Assembly (NCBI GenBank): GCA_030390025.1 | Contig: CM059432.1 | Span: 44,022,001-44,086,000, forward strand | Reading direction: 5' to 3' | Length of the DNA: 64,000 nucleotides | Origin: Squalus acanthias | Taxonomy: Eukaryota | Shown: positions 51,353 through 61,880 of the stretch, piece after piece | How the letters are laid out: the number at the start of each line of letters is the position of its first letter | Numbering within the stretch: position 1 is the first letter of the stretch | Made by a program: the position numbers and the translations under genes | The notes under the pieces: model-generated | The model's database searches: none | The model's input: only the letters and a program-made list of their open reading frames with translations | Told to the model about the DNA's origin: nothing

Positions 51353-52541
51353 TAAATCCTTCCAGGTGTAACAGCTGTTACAATGATGAGCCACATTGCA
51401 TTTTACTTTTGATTTGCCAAGATCACAGATCTCTGTTTCAGTATGCTGATGAGTACATTCCATTCAGCACCTGGAGAACCAAATAGGGCTTTGCCAGTAT
51501 GAGGTGCCATTGACTGGACTAATGTGGCCAGTCTAGCATGTGCCATGAGTGCAGAATTGTAATTTGTAGCCTCATTATTGAAGGAATGTTTTGACTGGCT
51601 CTTCAGTTGCTGTTTTAATGCACATGGTGGGTGAATTTCCACGGGGGTTCTCCTGCTTGTCCGTCAAAACAAAATAAGCCATGTCAGATGGGCTGGGTCA
51701 GAAACTACTTATGCTGGGAGGTCCTTAAGGGAACCAGCATTCTGACCTCCAGAAGAGCACGTGATCGGGGGGTGAATGTGATCTGGAACCCCAAAGCTGG
51801 CACAACATTCTTCTTTTCAGAAATGCTACTATTGGCCTCCTTCTACAAAGGATACAAAATGGGATTGCCAGCAGGCAGTGGAATGTGGCTTGGGAACCTC
51901 TTCCCCCCCCAGATAGATGGCAGATGCTGCACGTTCCAGCAGCATGGGGCAGGCGGGCAACCAAAAATGAGTCCGTAGTGGACTGGGCACCTAGCAGCCC
52001 CATACAAATGAGGTGCCTTTCTACTGACTCCACAAACTCTGGAAGGGTCAGTGCTGGAGAGCGCTAGTGCGCATAATCTCAGCAGAACTTATTTAACTAC
52101 GGTGCTCTTGGTCCAATCCCTCCTCTAAGCCTAATGATCTATAGCAGATACCAATAGTTGGCTTCCTTTCCCCAATGTCTTTCATCGCTATCCACAGAGC
52201 TTCTAGCTTGTCTGCACAGCAAATAGGTCCATGTTGATTATAGTCAAGTTCCGTTGGACACCAAAGACTACACCCCCTCCTAGTTTGTTTATTCTATATT
52301 TATAATTAATCTGTATACCCATACATTTACCCAACTGATGTCATTGTTGAAACAGGTCTCCGTGATATTTGGTAGGAAGAACGAGGAAAAGCAATATAAA
52401 CTGAAGGGTACAATTCTAAAAGGTGTGCATGAACAGAGAGACCTGGGGGTATATGTGCACACATCATTGAAGGTGGCAGGGAAGGTTGAGAAAGCGGTTA
52501 AAAAAACATACGGGATCCTGGGCTTCATAAATAGAGACAAA

Positions 52542-55500
52542 GGGCTCGATTTTGCTAGGCCCGAGGAGGCAGGATTGGAGGCGTGTGAGGTGGTAAAATC
52601 GCAAAAAATGGCGGGTGGGCCCGATCCCGCCTCCATGCAATTTTCCCGAATGCGTGTTTTCTGACCCCGTTTCCATCCCACTTCCAAGAGGCGGGATAGG
52701 CCCTTAAGGCCCTTAAGAACCAGTTAAGTGCCTCTATAATCCCATTTTGAGAGGCCTTTCTGATTTTACCACTTTTCCCACGTCCTGCACGTCTCCTCTG
52801 GAACACGCCAGTGAATCCTGGCGGCCTCACACGTGGACTGCTTACTAACAGCTGCAGCTCCACCATTAAAAAGGAGTTTTCAGCAATCATTATTTGCAGG
52901 TGGCAGAACTTTGTTGTCTCAGGTCTGGGGGAACTTTTAGCAGGCATACCCATTGTTGTGGAAGTTTGGAGCCTGACACCCATCTCCAGTGTGACCTCCT
53001 GGGAAATCCCTCTCGCCACCTTGACTGAGCGCTTCCTCAACTGAGGCATATACCAGAAGCATGGGAACCATTTATTTCCTTTCCTCCTAGACATCAGATT
53101 CGGATGAAGACCAGCCGTGGCAGCAGCAGAACCATGAACAACAGCACCACCAACAGCAGCAGCAACAACAGGAGTACCAAGCTGCTGCTCACCCACCCGG
53201 AGCTGCACAGGCCAGAAGGCGCCAGCGCACGACCACATTGCTGCCCGGGATGCAAGGGATGCACTCATCTTGGCCAGATTTGCTTACCGTGCACAATCAA
53301 ACACTTTTGCCTCGCACCTTCTTATCAGACCATCGACAATGGCCAAGAACCTGCGGATTCCTATCACTCTGACCACCATACTGATAGTTGCAAGTCGCTC
53401 TAAGCCCTCAATGTGGAAGTCCCATTAGCGAAATGACACATGCCACAACTGTAACAGTTTGCCATCAGAATTTTTTATGACAATAAGCAACTGATGGCTT
53501 TTCAAAATTAAACACAACATTACACCCAAGTGACTACCCTTGTGACTACTTGTGCATTATCTTCCTCTTATGCATGCTCCTACGTGGTGCTTCCCCTGTG
53601 GCTTCAGCAGATGTGGAGGCCCCTTGCTCACTTTCTTGCTGCTCCTGTCTCGACACCTTTGGCGGGCGTCCTCTGGGGTTGCGAACCTGTGAGGGCTCGG
53701 CAACAGTCTGCTGCTCCTGCAGCTGTGCAGGGGTTGAGACGCCAATCTCAGTTGGGTGGGGACTCTGGTGGGGCTCTGACCGAGGGCTCTGCAGTGGCAT
53801 GGTCGTGTGAGCGCTTGGAGAGGAGCCCCACTTCCTTGTTGTATGCCACCAACATCCCTCTCATGGGTCAGCCCCACTTCAGAGCTAGCAAGTGGCTGGA
53901 CAGCACCTTGCTGCACTGCAGGGGGGCCATGAGGACCCGTTTCTGCACTGAAGTCCTACTCCAGAGGTCTTGCATGAAGGTTTGGTTTCTCTGCTCAATA
54001 GCTGACCATTGCTCCTCAAGAGATGTCAGTCTATTCTGAACAATTACCATGTTTTCCATACCTTAGCGACTAAGCTCCTCCATGGACGTAGCCATCCTCT
54101 CCTCTACCGTAGCCATCCTCTCCTCTATGGTAGCCAGCCTTACCATGGAGGTAGCCATCCTTTCCAAGGAGGTAGCCATCCTTTCCGTGGTGATGCGTTC
54201 ATGCGCCCACGCCTCCACAAAGGCTCTGCTCATGTTCGCGATGGACTCCTCCATTCGCTCCACACTCGCAGTGACCCTGGAGACAAAACCTGCCAGAGAC
54301 TCCTGCACCTGTTCCTGGAGTTCCAGCACCGCTCTCCTTCTGGATGGACCCAGAGGCACAGGGTCGACATGCAGCGGAGCCGAGCTGGAAGCGTCCTCTC
54401 CACTGCGACGAGGACTCTCCACTGCTGTCCCTGTCTCCACCATCTGCTGATGCTCACTTGTGAGCTGTGATACACCAGGTGACAACTCTACTCTATGTCC
54501 CGAAGGTCCCACCGAGGTGTGAGTGTCTGCGCTGGTGCAGGGTGCCCTTAATTCTGCTGACGGAGCGCCCTCAGAGGTTGCAGCTTCCTCTGAGGAGTCT
54601 GGAAGCTCAGGCTCTTCCTCCTGGACAGTGGGGACGGGGGCTTTCGATGGTCCTGTGGGGGAGTAAAGGAAAGAGTTAGAGATGTGAGGTAAAGGTTGCA
54701 TGCACATTGAATTGTGCAGATGATCATAAGTCAATCTGTTAGAGCATCAGAATCATTATCAGTCACTCATGCAATGTCAATGAGAGAGATGCCAAACTAT
54801 TCTGTCACCAGCTTGCTGTGATGCGCCCGCCTGTCCGTCCCCCACTTGGGAATCCTCCTCGATTCCGGCAATTTCCAGGGCTGCCTCCTCCGAGGTGGTG
54901 AGCTGGGCTACTGAGGGTGGCCCTCCTCCTGTCCTCGCTCTTTCCCTCTTATTGTGGGCTCTCTTTTCCTGCAATGAGGGACACAAGTGGAGTTTGAGTG
55001 AGAATGAAGGAGTGTAGAGGATCCATAGCATAGATGCTTAGAAAGAGACCAAGGGCCCTCCCTGTGTGTTGTAAGTTGTTGTCATTGTGTCACAGTGATA
55101 GGGAGTGTGAGGGCTGCATGGTCGAATAGTTAAGTGAATGTGACCATAGAGAGAGAGGGAATGGGTAAGGGTGCAGAGATGTCAGTGTCAAGTGGGATGT
55201 GGAGGAAGAGGTTGGCAAAGCAGAGTGCTGGTGAGGAGAGGCGATGGGGATCAGATTGAGGGTGATGAGAAAGTCATACTCACTTTTCCTGTGCGGAGGT
55301 CATGAAACCTCTCCTGCACTGCAGCCAGGTTCTGCGGCACATAGAGATGGCATTGACCTCCTGGGCCACTTGCAGCCACACAGCTTTAGTCTGTTGTGGT
55401 GGCTTTTTTCTCCCTGAGGAAGGGAAGAGCACCTCCTTATTAGATCTTGCTCCCTGCACCAGAGCTTGCAGGGAGGGCTCATCAAAGCGAGGTGCACACT

Positions 55501-55799
55501 TTTGCTTGCTGGTGGACATGGTCGGTAAATGAAGTCCTTCATACAATGTCCAAAGCGTTTCCAGTCTCCAGAAGAAGCAAGGCTGCTTGCAGGCCTTAAA
55601 TCCAGCAGCACTGATGATGTCATCGGAGGCGACTTTCAGGATGGAAAGACTAATTGGGCCAGGGGTTCCCACACGCTGGAAATCAAGTGCCCAATTAGGG
55701 GAAAATCGCACTTTTTTCCCACTTCACATCGGAGTCGGGGTCCTGACACGAAAACCACCTGACATGCCCCAGCCCAACCCCAATGGCAAAATCGAGCCC
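52542..55799 (-). mobile_element. Non-autonomous PIF/Harbinger-type DNA transposon, copy 2 (inverted relative to copy 1)
   Basis: Perfect 14-bp TIR GGGCTCGATTTTGC / GCAAAATCGAGCCC. Flanks AAA / ATA are a 3-bp TSD with one mismatch. Cleanly interrupts a CR1. Confidence 0.87.
53546..55519 (-). pseudogene. Harbinger Myb/SANT-like gene, copy 2; exons 55519-55284, 54968-54809, 54652-53546; disrupted
   Basis: MSTSKQKCAPRFDEPSLQALV..VWLQVAQEV..RTWLQCRR | EKRAHNKRERARTGGG | ..ERMATS heptads..NPRGRPPK..KRK. Same intron positions and same 160-nt exon 2 as copy 1; frameshifts and a stop are present. Confidence 0.8.
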
Positions 55800-56753
55800 A
55801 TAGAGTACAAAAGCAAGGAAGTTATGATGAACCTTTATAAAACACTGGTTCGGCCTCAACTGGAGTATTGTGTCCAATTCTGGGCACTGCACTTTAAGAA
55901 GGATGTGAAGGCCTTAGAGAGGGTGGAGAAAAGATTTACAAGAATGGTTCAGGGATGAGGGACTTCAGTTACGTGGATAGACTGGAGAAGCTGGGGTTGT
56001 TCTCCTGAGAGCAGAGAAGGTTGAGAGGAAATTTGATAGAGGTGTTCAAAATCATGAGGGGTCTGGACAGAGCAGATAGAGAGAAACTGTTCCCATTGGC
56101 GGAAGGTTTGAGAACCAGAGGACACAGACTTAAAGTGATTGGCAGAAGAACCAAGGGCGACATGAGGAAATACTTTTTTACGCAGCAGGTGGTTAGGATC
56201 TGGAATGCACTGGAATGCAAGGGTGGTGGAGGCGGATTCAATCATGGCTTTCAAAAGGGAATTGGATAAGTACCTGAAGGAAAAAAAATTGCAGGGCTAC
56301 AGGGAAAGGACGGTGGAGTGGGACTAGCTGAAGTGCTCTTGCAGAGAGCCGGCACGGGCTCGATGGGCCAAATGGCCTCCTTCTGTGCTGTAGCGATTCT
56401 ATGATTCTATGATATCATATCATCGTCTCCTTCTCGAGCAAGGATATCCAGGTCTCCCATTGTATTTCTAAGAAACCTAGCATTCATTTTTAGAATTTTG
56501 ATCCATCCATTTCCTCCATTCCGTAGACTGCTGTGTTTATGTTGTCATTGTTTCCCCATGTGGTTGTACCTTTATATTCTGCACACTTACCTGCTGTATC
56601 AGAATTTGTATTGGAATAGTTATCAGTCAGTCCCAGTTCTGTACCATATCATCTCACTTCTGTATCTTTTCTATTTCTAACAACCGCTATTTTTTCTGTT
56701 TCTGCTCTATTTTCTCCTTACCACTGCCTTATCAGTTTAAATCCTTCCATATT

Positions 56754-57484
56754 GGGCCGAAAATTGATCCCGGGACGCGAGAGTACGCACTGCGTACTCT
56801 CGCGTATTCCCACTCCAATTGCCGGTTTTCTGCATGCCCTGCGCATGCGCTGAAAACCGGCAATTGCTCTTCTGAAAAGGGGGCGGGTCCTCGGTGCATC
56901 GCGTGCACGCTACAGGCTGCGCGCACGCTGTGCACTTCATGCTTTGGACGCGCAGGTAAGTACGGAAGATTTTGGAAATGTAAAACCCACTTTTAAGAAG
57001 GTAAGTAGTGAATTAAGTATTTTTTTGAATTTTTTTTAACAGGTATATCTTTTTTAGAGACTTTAAAGACAGGTAAGTTTATTTTTATAACTTTTTAAAA
57101 GATTTTAAATTTTTTCAAAAATTTAATTTTTTATTTAAAATGGTTAATTTAATTAACTATACTTATTTTATTAATGTGATGGTTTTTAAAAAAAATTTAA
57201 TTGAGGTTTAGCTGTTATTTTGGGGGGGTGTAAGATTCATAGATTTCACAGCCGTGCTGTGAAACTTATGAATGGAAGATGGTGTGCTGCCATTGGCTCT
57301 AACTGAGTCACGTGATCCCACAGCTCGCACGAATTCACTACGCCGCTGGGATACGCAAGCACTGCCCAGCTGATGTCTGGAACATCAAGTTCGTGCAAGC
57401 TGGATCTGAAAAAGCACAAGCGAGGTGAGAGATCGCGGGAAAGCCTTACCCCCGCGGGAACAGAGCGAGATCAATTTCTGGGCC
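56754..57484. mobile_element. CpG-rich MITE-like element with internal palindromes
   Basis: Ends GGGCCGAAAATTGATC / GATCAATTTCTGGGCC; flanks ATT / ATG. Confidence 0.65.
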
Positions 57485-58779
57485 ATGGTCTTATTTACAC
57501 ACTCTACATTTGTACTGGTCTGCTTCAGGTGAAGTCTGTCTCATTTCTAGAGTTTCCCTCTCCCTCAGAACTAGTCTGAAGTGTTTTAGTAATCTGAAAT
57601 ATTCCCTTTTACATAATATTTTGAGCTACACATTGACATATTAATCTTTTTTTTCCCTAAGTTTTCCAGCATGTGGCATTGAAAGTAATCCTGAAATTAT
57701 TGCTCTCTGGGTCTAGAACCTAACTCTACAAATTCTCTGCAGGACCTCCATCCTGTTCTTTCCTTTATCATTGGTTCCTATATGAACTCTGACTTCTGTT
57801 TGGTTTCCCTCCTTGAGCTGTTTTTCTTTGCTATGTAGGTTACCCTCAGATCCAGGAGGCAACACACCAATGACACCATTCACCTGTGGTGCACTATTGT
57901 CACCTGTGATTGGTGTAAATTACTGCCTTCCCCCATGCATCTCTACCTTTTATGAATTCCATTTTACCTTGCATGCTGCTGTCTCCTGTGACTGGTGACT
58001 CCCTGCCTTCTCTTCACAAGTACCAGTGGTTGCCCCTAATGTAGATCCACACATTTCCTTGTGTTTCATAGAAGCCCCTTCTCTCTCCTCCTTTTTCACA
58101 CAATTGTCACTCCCTGTTGCTAGTGGAAATCATCTTCACATCTCCATAGAACCACAGTTACCACACAGATGGAGATATTTGTCTCATTATGTTTGCTACA
58201 TTTCTTTTCTGGAGCAATCCAAAATTAATTACACTGCTATGCTCTCTCCCTATATCCTTCAAATATTTATTCACTTTTCCCTTAAAGGGTGCAATGGTCT
58301 GCCCCAACTATTCCCTGTGACAAAGCATTCCATGCTCCAACAACTCTGCCATAACAAATTTCTCTCTCCTAACTCTTTTAGTGACCATTCTAAATTGATG
58401 TCTCCTCATCACTGATTCCTCAACTCATTGCTGTTTGTGTGTCATTGCTGGCACAGAATGGCAGCCATTTTTATCTATATAATAGCAGTCGCTCCATTTC
58501 AAAACGTAATTCATTGTCGGAAGTACTTTGAGATCTTTTATTTATATAAATGCAGGACTGGGCTCTTTTTTCTTTTGGTTCGTTGCAAATCCTCTGTTCC
58601 TCACATGTTGTTTTTGCTCATCATATGATTCCCGTTCACTAGTCCTGTGAATGATGTATACCACACTTTTCCTGTTTGATGTGAAACTCTTTACTTTCAT
58701 CTCATCTGTCTATCCTTGGCCGCCTCCCCTCCTATGTCTCATCTGCATGCTGCTACTCGGCAATATCAATTAAAAAAAC

Positions 58780-60190
58780 GTCAGGTTTCCATATGTACGC
58801 TGACGACACCCAGCTCTACCTCACCACCACCTCTCTCGACCTTTCTACTGCTTCTGTGTTGTCAGACCGCTCATCCGATATCCAGTCCTGGATGAGATGA
58901 AATGTCCTCCAAACATTGCGAAGACCGAATTCATTGTCTTTGGCCCCCGCCACAAACTCCGTTCCCTAGCCACTGATTCCACCCCCCTCCCTGGCCACTG
59001 TCTCAGGTTGAACCAGACTGCTCGCAACCACAGCGTCCTATTTGACCCTGAGCTGAGCTTCCAACCCCATATCCTCTCCATCGCCAAGACCGACTACTTC
59101 CACCTCCGTAATATCACCTGTCTCCACACCTGCCTCAGCCCATTGCCATGGCTCAGTAATGGCACTCTTGTTTCTGGGTCAGAAGGTTGTGGGTTCAAAT
59201 CCCATTCCAGAGACTTGAGCACAAAATCTAGGCTGATTTCCCATTGCAGTACTGAGGCAGTGCTGCACGGTCGGAGGTGCCATCTTTCGGATGAGGCCCT
59301 ATTTGCCCTCTCAGGTGGACGTAAAAGTTCCCACGGCATTATTTGAAGAAGAGCATGGAAGTTATCCCTGGTGTTCTAGCCAATATTTAAATCTCAACCA
59401 ACGTCACTAAAACAAACTATCTGGTTATTATCACATTGCTGTTTCTGGGACCTTGCAGTGCACAAAATTGGCTGCCACGTTTCCTAAATTACAATAGTGA
59501 CTACACTTCAAAAATACTTTATGAGCTGTAAAGCGCTTTGGACATCCTAAGGTTGTGAAATGCGCGACACAACTGCACATCTTTCTTTTTTATCAGCTGT
59601 TGAAACCCTCATCTATTCTTTTGTTACCTCCAGACTCGACTATTCCAATACTCTCCTGGCTGGCCTCCCATCTTGAACCCTCCATAAACTTAAGCTTATC
59701 CCAGACTCTGCTGCCCGTATTTTAACTCACACCAGGTCCCGTTCACCCCAGTGCTTGTTGACCTAATCGGCTCCCAGTCCACCAACACCTCAATTTTATA
59801 ATTCTCATCCTTGTGTTCAAATCCCTCCATGGTCTCATCCCACCCTATCTCTGTAACCTCCTCCAGCCCTACAACCCTCCGATAACTCTGTGTTCCCCCA
59901 ATTCTGGCCTCCTGTGCATCCCCCACTTCCTTTGCCCCAGCAGTGGCATCCGTGCCTTCATCTACCTAGGCCCTAAGCTCTGGAATTCTCTCCCTAAATC
60001 TCTCTGCCCTTCCACCTCTCTCTCTCTCTTCCTTTAAGATACTCCTTAAAACCTACCTCTTTGACCAAGCTTTTGATCACCTGTTTCCTTCTTTGACTTG
60101 GTGTCAAATTCTGTCTGATAATGCTCCTGTGAAATGCCTTGGGACATTTTATCACGCAAAGGTGCTACATAAATGCAAGTTGTTGTTATC
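58780..60190 (+). mobile_element. L2-type LINE 3' fragment (RT YADD region to tail), interrupted by a SINE
   Basis: atgtacgctgacgacacccagctctac (MYADDTQLY), KTEFIVFG, KSLHGL..GPKLWNSLP, (GTT)n tail. Confidence 0.88.
59143..59591 (+). mobile_element. tRNA-headed Deu-domain SINE (SacSINE1-like) with an L2-like tail
   Basis: A-box TGGCTCAGTAATGG, B-box GGTTCAAATCC, central Deu-like body and T-rich tail; inserted inside the L2. Confidence 0.75.
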
Positions 60191-60479
60191 TGTGATTGGT
60201 GAAAGCCTTGCTGTGTGAATGATGCTCTCACTCCTCTTGTTATTAACCTAAACCCTTTTCTTCTTGTGATTAACTTAAGCCCCTTTCCTTTCAGTCCATC
60301 TCTACCACTAACTTCATCTTTGTTTGACTTGAGTCATTTCCCCGCTTCCATCTGTAATCCGTGTAAACCCCTTTTCCTTGTGACTGACTTAAGCCCCACC
60401 CCTCTCGGTACAGAGTTCCCCCCTCTCTCTCCTCCCGTTTCTGTTTTCATTCTCCGCTGTGCGGCCCTGGGCTGCAATC

Positions 60480-60588
60480 ATGGCTGATACGGATGGGGTG
60501 GATGAACGATCTCCGCTGCTATCAGGAAATAACTCTGGCAATGTCACTCCTACAACGCCTCTGTACGTCGAGGAGCCTAGTCCTCGGG
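60480..60588 (+). CDS. PIP4P2: PIP4P2 (TMEM55A, type II PI(4,5)P2 4-phosphatase) coding exon 1 (109 nt)
   Basis: [36 protein letters not shown](G)|gtgagt. Matches the recognisable N-terminus with the ERSPLL dileucine motif, and lies divergent from OTUD6B as in human. Confidence 0.92.
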
Positions 60589-61444
60589 GTGAGTGCACGC
60601 TGCTTTATTGAAGAAATTATTAAAGAGATAAAAAACAGTTAGTTTTGTAAAAGAAAAATCCCACTCAAAATGCAAGCTTGTGCGGCGAGGAAGCTCCCAG
60701 TTCTCTGCAGGCCGACTCTCGCCCGTCTGCATCGGCGTTCCCACAGATTGCAGCAATGTCACTGGCATTAGGCAAACTAGCCGCAGTAAAATAAGAAAGG
60801 TTTCAATGGGAAAACCGACCGTGCAGCAAGGATACGTTTCATGTCGGTGTCCAGAGGTAAACCCCAGTGTGCGATGCTTTGGTGCGCACGGAGCTCACTG
60901 CAGATGGACCCACAGTATCTGCAGGACATTGTGAAAAGTATAATGCGATGTCAGCATTATGGATGTCGGTGAATACTGTCTATTTACGGAAAGGTTTGTG
61001 TGCTAACGGCTGCGGCAGGATTTCAGCAGAACTTCATTTTTTTTCTATTGTGAATGCGTTCGTAATGAACCTAGCACATGAATAAAAAACTTAAACCATT
61101 CCTTGATCGAGGGTCACGAATTAAAGGCGATTTCGATCATGCGGATGTTCAAGCACAATCACGGGATATTTTGTGGAACCCTGCCTTGCTGGTGAAATCA
61201 TGCTGTGAATATGATAATGCAGACTGGAACAGGTTGAATATATTAAATCATGTGTTTTATATAACCGCTTACAGAAATTTACTTTTATATGTATATAATA
61301 ATACATAGGCGACATTGACCAATTCTTCAGTGAGCAAAAGCTTCCCATTAACTTGTCTAGTTGACAATCTGGGCCCTATTTTTGTCTACTGCTGTGAGTC
61401 AGTTTTAAGTGGTTAAGAACTGGTGCAAACCCTCTGTCAATCCA

Positions 61445-61680
61445 ACAACTTGCATCTATATAGTGCCTTTAATGTAGAAACACGTCCAAGGTGCTTCACA
61501 GAGGTGTGAGAAAAATGGACATTGAGTCAAAAAAGGAGAGATTTGGAGGAGTGGGTAGAAAGGCAGGCAGGCACGAGAGACCTGGAGTCAGGATCGGATA
61601 GTTCTAAGAGAGTTGTAGGGCTGAAGGAGGTTGTGGAGTAGGGAGGAACGAGGCCATAGAGGGACCTAAACACACGGTCA
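61445..61680 (-). mobile_element. Degenerate L2-type 3' tail
   Basis: caacaacttgcatctatatagtgcctttaatgtag tail motif shared with the other L2 copies. Confidence 0.65.
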
Positions 61681-61880
61681 AAGGGGCAGGGGATTAAAAA
61701 TTACAGACAAAAACATGGTGAAAGGAAATCCCATGTGTGCACAAGTAACAGAGCAGCCAGCACATGACTCCCTGTTTGACAGCTGCTGAAGTGGAGTTGG
61801 TGCTGCATGAGGTGATTGTGAGGAGGTTGCCCTCTGTGCTAGTCCACAACACCAAACAGGGTAGAGACAGACTGTAGGGT

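Larger units (their letters stand above)
52365..56412 (+). mobile_element. CR1 3' fragment split (52365-52541 and 55800-56412) by Harbinger copy 2
   Basis: KAVKKTYGILGFINR | IEYKSKEVMMNLYKTLVRPQLEYC joins across the insertion; (GATTCTAT)n tail. Confidence 0.9.

Noticed and set aside
59143..59215. tRNA gene (A and B boxes present)
   Set aside because: No convincing cloverleaf; it is the head of a SINE that continues into a Deu-like body.
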